Below are positions 28,857 through 40,322 of a stretch of 64,000 nucleotides of DNA, piece after piece. A program made the position numbers and the translations under genes. Within the stretch, counting starts at the first letter, position 1. Every line of letters starts with the position of its first letter. Source of the DNA: Antedon mediterranea (lineage: Eukaryota > Animalia > Echinodermata). Below the pieces are notes generated by a model. The model had not been told where the DNA came from and did no database searches. It saw only the letters and a program-made list of their open reading frames with translations. The stretch lies in contig NC_092675.1 in assembly GCF_964355755.1 (NCBI RefSeq), positions 9,729,812-9,793,811 on the forward strand, given 5' to 3'.

Positions 28857-31800
28857 ACAAAAAATGAAACCTTAATCCAGGTAACATATGAATTAAAAGA
28901 CTTAACGCAGATGTTATGTTGTGATTCGTTAATTTCCCGTACCGTTTAAGTATTTTTTGTTCTACATCAGAGACTGATCAGAAATATATGTAACAGTTCA
29001 AATCATGTGATGCAATAACTATAAATACAAAATTCGCAGATTGTTGTAATCTTAAAACTATACTACAAACAAGATAATGTGTTTGTGGATTATCAGTGAT
29101 GTTAATTAAATCGTGCGGATCCATATGGCCAAAAACGGACAGTGTGAGTAAATCACATTATGAAAAGTTATTACATTCTAACTAACACTAAAACATCATT
29201 ATAATGTGCATCAAACATATTCCTATTTATGTAGGAGGTCGTATGTCAAAACGTCCACTTACTCACATGCACTCCACTGAAACAGTATTATCTCAACCTC
29301 TAAGTGGACAGAAAACAAGCATAATAGAAACCAACGATGCCTTTGGAATGTGCGTGACTCCCACATTTATTATTTTCATAAATAAATACAATATGTAAAA
29401 TAGGGTTAGTATTATTGTGTTTTGGAATGTTTGCAATATTTCGTTTACCGTGAATATAACTAAGAATGTTAAATACAGCGAACGATTCTTGTATGGTATT
29501 ATCTGCGACAATAAACGTCCTGTAGGCCAATCGTGTCTGTTGACGGCCTCAGACACATCTATAGCTTTAGCTTCTAGACCGTTATTAGATATGATAAATA
29601 TCTTAGCACATTTATATGGCGGTTCATATGTATAATACTTGGACAAAATTGAAACGCCGACTTGGTGGAGTAACATAAAAAAGACAATTTCTATAAAGAC
29701 AATATCTTACGGCCTTGGGCGAAGTCTACTATACCATAAGTCTACCAGCTCATGACTCCTAACATTAACTTAACTGTAGACACACTTAGGCCTACAACCG
29801 TTGGTAACCTAGTACGTACACATATTTCATAGTCATATTCGTTAACTCATAAAAATATTATTACAATAATATGGCTAACTGTAACGAACGCTTTAGTAGA
29901 CAGACAATGTTTATTCGTTTACACTCTGAACTAAACATAAACATTAGTTAACTGCAGCACCTCTCGTCCGTCCTGCATAATACACAAGACAATATTTTTT
30001 CTTACAAATTATATTTTATATTGGGTATAGGAATAATATGTGGTTGAATTTTGTTGTGTTTTTTTTTTTTTTAAACTGTAGATGTATCACCATCATGCGA
30101 TACAAACAAGGCGGCGGAAACCTTTAATATTTCAACATATCCTAGTGCACACATAACGTGACAAATTAGCTAAATAATCTAAGCAAGTTGGTAACACTAC
30201 AATAGATTTAAAAGACTATAGATTTGAAAAGACTATATAAAACCGTCCCACCTAGGCGCCAGTATATATTTCTATCAACTATTCATATCTCAGAGCTTTT
30301 GTGGTTTTGATTATTCTTGTAACGAGTTAGTTACACGCAAACGATTATTCACCAAAATCATTACAATTTAACGGAACGCGAAGATGTTTTACCTGAGAGC
30401 GAACACAATGGTTACTTCATTTGGTGGGTTATTGTTATGGGCATTTAAAATTTATTTACTTGAACCCGCCTAGGTTAAATTTTCCAGACAATTGCGCCGA
30501 CAAGAAATCAATGGAATATTTATAATCTAAATTTATAAAGAACTTAGAGGTTAATTTGTTTGGTTAAACATGTTAACGACGTTTATATGATAACAATGGC
30601 CCAAAGTGTATAACCGCAAATTTAGAGGGATTCAAGTTTAACGTGTACCCCTAAACATCTACTTTGATTTAATGGAAGACCTTTTTATATGTGACTAAAT
30701 ATAAAGTAATAATTACAATAATTCAGAGCATAATATATTTTGCAATATGATATTATAGGCCTAAATGTGTACTTTTCACAGGGTTAAAATGTAAATTGAA
30801 AATACAACAGACAAAACACAAAACCATCTTTCCCATAACAGGAAAATATAAAATAGTGTTGCAAGACGAGAGACGTAAACTTATAGGCCTTAGTTGTATC
30901 CAAGATTTAGAGCAGGGTAAATAGAGTAATGACAGTCGAATGTATGTACATGGTCGAAGCATTGGAAGTTATCACATTCAACTCTGTAACTCTGTGTAAT
31001 TCACAATGTTTATAGGTTTAGGTAGAGGATTAATATGCACTTCCTTTTCATTCGCGCCTCGTCGAGTGTCACTCATCCGACGAAATGTAAAATTTCACAA
31101 ACCACCTGTAAACGCCCGAAAGTCGTTGTTCAATTCTAACGGAAATATTGTCTACAAAATCGTTTAACGTCTTTCATTCAGAAGTTGTAAGTGGATTAGT
31201 AAATAGACCATAACTGATACTAAACATGGTAAAAAGAAACGATGTATATCGTAAATAATATTGCCTAAAGACATGATGATGAACGATTTCAGTGTATTTT
31301 TCATCATGATCATTAGTTCCATAAGACAAACAAATTATATAAACTCTCCCCAGCTGTCATGCACATCACCTATTGTTTGCTTGAAAAAGTTTATAGCTTA
31401 TAAAAAGAATAATGGTGTAGGTTATAACATAATAGTTTCTTCTTCTCCAGGAACGATTACATTGATAGGGGTTCAGAAGATAGATAAAGATATTTGTTAA
31501 ATAGCTTTTTATATTGTACTTACTTGTACCCCTACAGGTATTTTTTCGAAAAATGGCCACATTTTGTGTGTGTTTTTCTATATTTCTTAGTTAATTATTT
31601 TCATAAGATTCTAACGAATGGTTTCATAGCTGTATGCCGGGGAAAACGTCATTAAATTAATGTTTATGTGCTAGGCGGAGGTTTGCACTCTCCGAATACC
31701 CTTCTAGTTTGTAGAGTATTTGATTATTTGAAAAGGCGCCATACTGAGCTATGCAATAAGGTTAAATGCTTTCATATATTTCTGATGGCATAAAGTCTTC

Positions 31801-33304
31801 TCGTGTATGGTCTAGCTAACTGAGGTTATGCACTTTTAAGTAACCAGTACATTTTTATTATAAATGTTTTTCTCTTTTCTGAACATCCAAACGGAATATT
31901 TTCCCCATTAAGAACTTACCTGTCCTCGAAATCTGATTGAATTCCTAATGGAACAATGTACTTCATTTCCAACTCACTGAATCGGTTAATCGGATGATAT
32001 AACATCGCTACGTCATCATGACGGTAATCGTCTGTGCCAAAAACAATTTACTTTTGTAACAGACTCATTTTTGTCGCCAAAGGGCGACCGAGGTTACAAT
32101 AAGCACGCACATAGTATTTTAAATAAAGATATTATCGTTGTACAGGTATTATATTAAATAAATTGAGTATAACGTAAACAAGTTGATTTTTGTACCTGTA
32201 GTTTTCACTTTAGTTGGTAAATGTACTTCCAATTTTATTTTTTAAAATGTTTTCTAGGATGAAACAATATTATTACATCTGAAAATGATTAATATAAAAG
32301 TAGTAGTTTAAATATTTGCAATTGGTTTTATTTATGGAATTTTATCTATCACTAAACACGTATTGCATACTACTGTTTCTATATTAAAACCCTAATCTTT
32401 ACCTATAGCAAACAACATTATTATTAATTTCTTTTGCTACAATTAGTAACAGTGTATTAGCTATTATCTTTTAATTTTGTACTTTTGAAAACTGGTTATA
32501 TATAGGCCTATTGCTATTGCAGACAAGAAAAAAATCTGCCAAACAATGAACACTTTGCTGGTCGGTTACCAAAGAACAATACAGAATAGAACAAACAATT
32601 ACAATCTTATTATCAACATTTTATTAGCAACATCTACGAGATGTGGAACAAATAAGAGGCAGACAAGAAGCAGAACTATGATTTCAAAACAAGTTGTAAT
32701 AGTCGATAGATTATAGAGGGCGATGTTCAGGTTTTTTGTTGATACAAAATCTCTAAATACGATCATTATTGGTCATTTATTCATTGGAGTCTGTTCGCTT
32801 TAGAAAACGTGTAATTATTGTATCATGCCTTTGTGTGACTAGTTTTCTAATTTATAGGTCTATGTTCCATTTATAAAATGGTGATTTAGCCTACCACTGT
32901 GGTGTTTAGGAGAAAACGTGTACAGAATACATATTTGGATTGCAATAATTATAATATAACCCGCAACAAGTGCCAGTATTTTCAATCTATCTCCGATCAT
33001 GGACCTCCATGCTCCGATGGCCACTCTGCTCCAACCATTCAATACAAAAACAAGAACAAGTTTGAAGAAATTGTTGTCTCGGGTTACATCGATTTAATTT
33101 TTACGTGAATATTTGAAATATTTATATGAAAAGCAAGGTGAAACAAGAACAAAACACACTTCTCTTTTGAAAATTGAGAGGGCGTGGTATAATCCTGCTG
33201 GAAACAACGTACAGTCAGTTACTGACACATGTTGTTTTCTGACGTGCGCCCCTTTCGGCTAAAATTGAGTATTGAACAAAGATCTTATATACTAAAGAGG
33301 TATA

Positions 33305-35154
33305 AAATATAATATAAAAAGAAAAACTCTAATTGGTGATGTTGAGATGGGAGGCATTAAAATGCCTGATTTTACTCTTCATGTTAACGCACTCATGTGT
33401 GGCTGGCTAAAAAGAATTATGAATGATGATGGTGCTAAATGGAAAAATATTCCAATGTATTATATTAAAAAAATATGTGATGTTAATGTTTTACTTAATA
33501 TGTCATGTTACAACATTATTGATGTTAAATCTGAACTGTGGGGAAACCACTACGTTAAACTATAAAAAAAATCGCTTTTCTACAAGCATTGGATTGACAG
33601 ACAATAATCTCCGCTACATTGTATCGTTATACTTGTTATTATACCATATTTAATTATATTTCATATTGTACTCTAATTGTTATCATTATCCCGTTTATCA
33701 TATATTATATAATTGCCTGGTTTATCTTAACTTCTATAATTTAAATTTTTTTTATTTCTTTATTTTATGTACTTTCACTATTATATATTCATATTTTAGT
33801 CTACTCTGTAGCAATGTTAGTATACTTAGGCATACGGGAGTCACGACTTAAAGTTCAGTGAACTTACTGTGACTTCCATCCACCCACATTTAATATATGT
33901 TATGTAAATGTAAATGATATATATATATATAAGTGAGTGGAAAAAATAATAAACGAAACGAAACGAAACGAAACAGTGGCATTATCAGTATTAAAGACAT
34001 TGTTAATAAGAACACTTTTTCAACATCAAACGAAATACTGGTGAAACTACAATGTAAAACAAACTGGTTAAATGAGTATTTGTGCATTATTAAGGCAATA
34101 CCAATACAATGGAAACGTATTATTAAGGAGGTAGATATTTTCAATTGTGATGATAATGATGAATTAGTTGGGACCAAGTATGAGATTAATACTACCAAAC
34201 TAATATACTCATGGTTTGTGAAAGAATATTTCATTACTCCAATGTCACAACTAAAATGGGAAGAGTACTTCAATGATAACAACATTGATTGGAAAACTTC
34301 TTGGTTACGGAAAGTATGTAAAATGAAAGATAAGAAACTAGCACAATTCAATTATAAGATGTTACATAGAATACTGCCTACCAACAAACGGCTGTATCAG
34401 TGGAAAGTTAAGGAAACACAAACGTGTGACAAATGTGGAGAAATTGAAAATGAAAATCATTTGTTTTTTAGTTGTAGATTTATTCAGAAATATTGGAGGA
34501 AAATGCTTAGTATCTTTGTAAGTTTAAATCACAATAATATATCATTTAAACAATTAATACTAGGAACGGGAGATAAGCTAATAGATTATATTTACACTTT
34601 TGCAGCATTTACTATTTATAGAATAAAAATGTTATCTGCACTAAATAAGCCAGTGGGTAAATCTTTATGGAATTCATTTAAAAGCAATATGTTTTATAAT
34701 ATTGAATGTGAAACATATAACAATAAAGAAACAAGTATAGAAAAATAGGTAGCTTTAAGAAATAAGATTATGATAATATAATTTCTAATTTGATACGATC
34801 AACCGAAAAAGAATTACAGTTATACTGGTTACGGGTGGTACTGAGCTATTATTGTTTTTTTTTTATCATGTATATAAATATATTGTATAATCCGGGTTGT
34901 AAAATGAAAACAAACAAATGAAAATGTGTGAACTATTTTAAAACGGGATAGATGATAATGATGATCCTGTCAAGTGTATAACAAAATATAAGAAAATTAA
35001 TGAAAAAGGGAGTAATACAGAATTCATATATGTAAAAATGTTACTTATGAACTGTAACGACATTTACAAGTTTAAATAATACGATTTTATGTAATATGAG
35101 ATAACATGAATGTGAATAAAAGTGGTGTTTGTGCCACAAAAGAGAAAAAAAAAA
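33305..35154 (+). mobile_element. 5'-truncated L1/Tx1-clade LINE (ORF2 C-terminal part, 3'UTR, polyA)
   Basis: GGIKMPDF..NAL..W motif, LWGN..W..SGIISIKD, and CCHC zinc finger CDKCGEIENENHLFFSC (zf-RVT-like); AATAAA at 35115 then polyA; exact 18-bp TSD ATATACTAAAGAGGTATA at 33287-33304 and 35155-35172. Confidence 0.88.
33601..33972 (+). mobile_element. Short (AAACG)n-tailed retroposon 3' fragment inserted in the L1/Tx1 ORF
   Basis: Flanked by ACAG/ACAG; its removal restores the frame KSLFYKHWIDSGIISIKD; contains stem-loop ggagtcac..aagttcagtgaactt..gtgacttcc, aataaa and (aaacg)n tail. Confidence 0.75.
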
Positions 35155-35299
35155 ATATACTAAAGAGGTATATTCAGAGCGTCATTTCGACAATCGAGCA
35201 TTCTCTACTCCTACGGAGCGCCATTTATGCCTTTATTTACTTCCGAATTAGAAATAGTACTACGGTAACTGCTCCAGTGGACCAAATTTAGCACCGGTG

Positions 35300-35800
35300 G
35301 AGCACAGTGATATAAAATAGAAATAAGTCACTGAATTTTAATATCTTTTTGTATGGTAATACACTGTGCTCAAGTGGATCCAATTTGGAACCAGGAGAGC
35401 ACAGTGATATAAAATAGAAATAAGTCACTGAATGTTAATATATTTTCGTATGTTAATACACTGTGCTCAAGTGGACCTAATTTTGCGCCAGGGGAGCACA
35501 GTGATATAAAATAGAAAAAAGTCACTGAATTTTAATATCTTTTCGTATGTTAATACACTGTGCTCAAGTGGACCCAATTTGGAGCCAGTGGAGCACAGTG
35601 ATATAAAATAGAAATAAGTCACTGAATTTTAATATCTTTACGTATGTTAATACACTGTGCTCACGTGGACCCAATTTGGTGCGCTCGCCAGTGAGCACAG
35701 TGATATAAAATAGAAAAAAGTCACTAAATTATAATATCTTTTCGTATGTTAATACACTGTGCTCAAGTGGACTCAATTTGGCACCAATGGGAGCACAGGG
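35300..35800 (+). repeat. 97-bp tandem array, left arm of foldback (~5 units)
   Basis: GAGCACAGTGATA recurs at 35300, 35397, 35494 and 35591; each unit contains gagcacagtg...cactgtgctc. Confidence 0.92.
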
Positions 35801-36929
35801 AAATAGTCACAAAAACATCGAGAAAAAATACTTCTGGAATTTAAAAAAATTTCAAACTTGGTATATGTTCAATATCGGTTACTTCATCCGTAAACCAAAA
35901 GAAAAAATTGTTTCAAGGCACACATCAGTGATTTTAATAACTTGCGTTTGCTTAAGATAATACTTATGAAAAAACATACAATTCCGACACATATATGTTA
36001 AACTCTAATAATGATTTTTACAAAAAAAAAAAACCGATTAGGAATTTGATTTTTTCCCTGTAAATTGAGCAACTTAAATAAAAAATATACCAAGAAATAT
36101 ATATTGAATTCGAGGTGTATTTTTTTTTTACACAAGAAATGTTCGTATGTTAATACACTCTATGCTCCAGTGGATCCAATTTGGCGCCAGTGGAGCACAG
36201 GGAAAAAGTCACATACAAAAACATCGAGAAAAAAATACTTCTGGATTTCAAAAATAATTCAAACTTGGTATATATGTTCAGTATCGGTTACTCCATCCGT
36301 AAAGCAAAATAAAAAATAGTTTCAAGCCATATCAGTGATTTTAGTAATTTCGTTCGTTTAAAATGTATATTTATTATAGAACATAGAATTCCAACACATT
36401 TTTTAAACTTTAAATTTTGATCATCATAAAATAATTGAACTACACATTTGAAAGTTGGTAGTATACGTTCAATAGGTTACTACACGTTCAATATGTTACT
36501 ACATAATTCATATTTTTAACATATGTCTTTTTTTTTAATCGCTAAAGTTTAAAAAAATGTGTTGGAATTGTATGTTCTTTCATAAGTATTTATCTTATAC
36601 AAACGCAAGTTATTAAAATCACTGATGTGGCTTGAAACAAATTTTTCTTTTGCATTACGGATGGAGTGACCGATATTGAACTTATATACCAAGTTTGAAA
36701 TATTTTTGAATTCGATAATTTTTCTATAAGATTTTGTATGTGACTATTTTCCTGTTCTCCACTGGCGCCAAATTGGATCCACTGGAGCACAGAGTGTATT
36801 AACATACGAACATTTCTTTTGTAAAAAAAATACTCCTTGATTTCAATATATATTTCTTGGTATATTTTTAATTTAAGTGGCTCAATTTATTATATATTTT
36901 TTCTCGATGTTTTTGTATGTGACTATTTC

Positions 36930-38300
36930 ACTGTGCTCCCATTGGTGCCAAATTGGGTCCACTTGAGCACAGTGTATTAACATACGAAAAGATATTATAA
37001 TTTAGTGACTTTTTTCTAATTTTTATCACTGTGCTCACTGGCGCGCGCGCCAATTTGGGTCAACGTAAGCACAGTGTATACGAAAAGATATTAAAATTAA
37101 GTGACTTATTTACATTTTATATCACTGTACTCCACTGGCGCCAAATTAGGTCCACTTGAGCACAGTGTATTAACATACGAAAATATATTAACATTCAGTG
37201 ACTTATTTCTATTTTATATCACTGTGCTTTCCTGGCGCCAAATTGGGTCCACTTGAGCACAGTGTATTAACATACGAACAGATATAAAAATTCAGTGACT
37301 TATTTCTATTTGATATCACTGTGCTCTACTGGCTCCAAATTGGGTCCACTTGAGCACAGTGTATTAACATACGAAAAGATATTAAAATTCAGTGACTTTT
37401 TCTATTTTATATCACTGTGCTCCACTGGCTCCAAATTGGGTCCACTTGAGCACAGTGTATTAACATACTAAAAGATATTAAAATTCAGTGACTTTTTTCT
37501 ATTTTATATCACTGTGCTCCCCTGGCTCCAAATTGGTTCCACTTGAGCACAATGTATTAACATACAAAAAGATATTAAAATTCAGTGACTTTTTTCTATT
37601 TTATATCACTGTGCTCCCCTGGCTCCAAATTGGGTCCACTTGAGCACAGTGTATTAACAAAAGAAAACATATTAAAATTCAGTGACTTTTTTCTATTTTA
37701 TATTACTGTGCTCCCCTGGCTCCAAATTGGGTCCACTTCTTGAGCACAGTGTATTAACATACGAAAAGTTATTAAAATTCAGTGACTTATTTTTATTTTA
37801 TATCACTGTGCTCCACTGGCTTCAAATTGGGTCCACTTCTTGAGCACAGTGTATTAACATACGAAAAGATATTAAAATTCAGTGACTTATTTCTATTTAT
37901 ATCACTGTGCTCCCCTGGCTCCAAATTGGGTCCACTTGTGTGTTATCAACATACGAAAAGATATTAACATTCAGTGACTTATTTCTATTTTATATCACTG
38001 TGTTCCTCACTGGCGCCAAGTTGTGTCCACTTGAGCACAGTGTATTAACATACGAAAAGATATTAAAATTAGTGACTTTTTTCAATTTTATATCATTGTG
38101 CTCCACTAGTTCCAAATTGGATCCACTTGAGCACAGTGTATTAACATACGAAATGATGTTACAATTCAGTGACTTATTTCTATTTTATATCACTGTGCTC
38201 CCCTGGCTCCAAATTGGATCCACTTGAGCACAGTGTATTAACATACGAAAAGATATTAAAATTCAGTGACTTATTTCTATTTATATCACTGTGCTCCACC
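36930..38300 (-). repeat. 97-bp tandem array, right arm of foldback (~14 units, inverted)
   Basis: Reverse complement of the left-arm unit; gagcacagtgtattaacatacg or variants counted about 14 times. Confidence 0.92.
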
Positions 38301-38739
38301 GGTGCTAAATTTGGTCCACTGGAGCAGTTACCGTAGTACTATTTCTAATTCGGAAGTAAATAAAGGCATAAATGGCGCTCCGTAGAAGTAGAGAATGCTC
38401 GATCGTCGAAATGACGCTCTGAATATACCTCACTAAAGATTGGACACTCTCGGAGCTCATTTTATAGGGCGCCCTCTCGCTCAAACAAGTAGATTTATGG
38501 ATCAGATATGTCTACTGTATTGTAACTGAATACCAAAGATCTTATAATCTAAAGATGTGACACTACCCGCGTTTACGCGTAACACTTTAGAAGCGTCAAA
38601 TTATAGTGCGCCCCCTCGCTTAAACAAGTAACGAACTTTTGCGTGACGATCGCAATATTCTTTAGAAAATGGGATTGAGGAGTCGCGCCAAAGTTTGTAT
38701 GGTTAAGAAACACTGAATGAAAAGAGAAAAAGTGCGGGG

Positions 38740-38825
38740 ATGTACTGTGCTGCAATTAATTGTAAAAGCAATTCAAAGGCCAACCCAGAACTTAAGTTTT
38801 ACAATTTTCCCAAAGACAAGATCAG
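38740..38825 (+). pseudogene. N-terminal THAP zinc-finger exon (MYCAAINCKSNSKANPELKFYNFPKDKIR)
   Basis: C-x4-C ... F-x-x-F-P signature of THAP domains, ending at an AG|GTAAAT donor. Not in the ORF track because it is too short. Confidence 0.75.
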
Positions 38826-39720
38826 GTAAATTTATGTAATTAAATAAGTAGCCTAGTACATCTTAACATATGCTATGACTATGTAGGCCTAGGGACTAGC
38901 CTAATCTTACTTTACTTTTTTTTACTATTCAATTTATACATAGGCTAGGCCTAGGCTATATTAATAAACTAGGCTAGGTAGGCCTATTATTAATAATTAT
39001 TATTTAAACGTATGAAATGATTATTATTTTCATTATTAGGCTACTAGGCCTAGGCTAGGCCTACTAGGCTAGTACATTAGTTATATAACAGTGAAATTAC
39101 ACTAATTTCACTGTTCCCTGGTTATATTACTTATCCTTTAACATTTAGTACCCTTAACAAACAATTTTTAAAATTTCAATTCAAGAAACATTTATTGATC
39201 AACTATATATCATTACAATTGTTGGCATATAAGTAAAAATTTGGTCGAAAGACTACAAGAAGCCCAATTGGCATGTCGCTGTAGGCCTAGTCCCTCTTTT
39301 TACATTATACAAATAATAATAATAGTACTTAATATAAACAAATTGGGATCTTGATTATTTCATGCTTTCCGTCTCATGGTTATTTTATTTCGTTTAATTT
39401 AACTAGCCGTTACATACATTACAGTATATTAACGCATGAAATGATTATTATTATCATTATTAGGCTAGGACATTAGTTATAATAACAGTGAAATTACACT
39501 AGACTAGACTACACTAACAAACAATTTTTAATTGAATCTTATACTTAATATTTATGAAATTCAGCCGTTAGTTAGTTAGTGGTTTTAGGTTAGGCTTAAG
39601 TATTTGATTTTAGGCCTTAACCAATTTGAAAATCAATTAGCATGCACGTAGACGTCCTATAATTACGTAAACGTTAATTATGATAAAGCAAAAACTCACT
39701 AGACAATTTTTAATTTACAG

Positions 39721-40155
39721 ACACTGATCGACAGCTAGATGGAATTGATGCAATAATGATGGCCGAATCATCATCATCATCATCGCATCATGTTGCCGAT
39801 CAAGAAGACAACGATGCCACCACTGACGACGACTGCTGCTTAGAAGACTTTGAGATGACTCAGCTAAATACTTTAGTATATGTAGCCGGTTACGTCGTCA
39901 AGAAAGCAAGTGTAAAGCACAATTGCGATATCTGTAACAGTGCGATGCGAGAAACCAATCGAAAACTGGAAGACCCAAAGCAGCTAGTTCCTAACACATT
40001 TTACAAAGTTGAATGTTTGTTCACCAGCAATTGAAACATTGCTAATTGAAACGTACGTAAACCTACGCATAGTCTATGCTGTTAAATTCTTCAACAGAGA
40101 CATAATCAGTGATAAGAAGAAGAGTGAAAAATTAATTAAAGTATCACATTTATGA
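39721..40155 (+). pseudogene. Frameshifted C-terminal exon of a P/THAP9-like transposase
   Basis: Acceptor tttacag| at 39720; acidic tract, LVYVAGYVVKK..CDIC, then after a shift YVNLRIVYAVKFFNRD..KLIKVSHL*. Confidence 0.7.
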
Positions 40156-40322
40156 GGTATGCCATAAAGTTGTAGGAGGTCTGTACGCGCTCCGGTCTGT
40201 GCATTATCGGCTAGAAATCATGATCATTACGACGGTCTGGTATGATGATTGAATAATTGTAAATATGATGATTTTATTTCAATGTTTCTACATTTTTTAT
40301 ATTTCCTCTGGGTGGCCCGTGC

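Larger units (their letters stand above)
35165..38431. mobile_element. 3.27-kb non-coding foldback-type DNA element
   Basis: GAG...CTC termini; ~135-bp near-identical outer TIRs, then inverted 97-bp tandem arrays and inverted inner arms around a ~130-bp centre (~36410-36545); ACTAAA on both flanks. Confidence 0.9.
38534..40155 (+). mobile_element. Internally deleted P-element (THAP9-like transposase) relic
   Basis: CAAAGAT.. start like P-family termini; THAP-type exon, intron and C-terminal transposase-like motifs; catalytic core absent; right TIR not found. Confidence 0.7.

Noticed and set aside
33890-34351. 153-aa minus-strand ORF
   Set aside because: Antisense shadow of the L1/Tx1 ORF2.
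35300-38300. CRISPR-like palindromic repeats, or coding ORFs 35778, 36065, 36590, 37782 and 37907
   Set aside because: The whole 97-bp unit repeats with no spacers; the ORFs are chance translations of the repeats and TIR arms.
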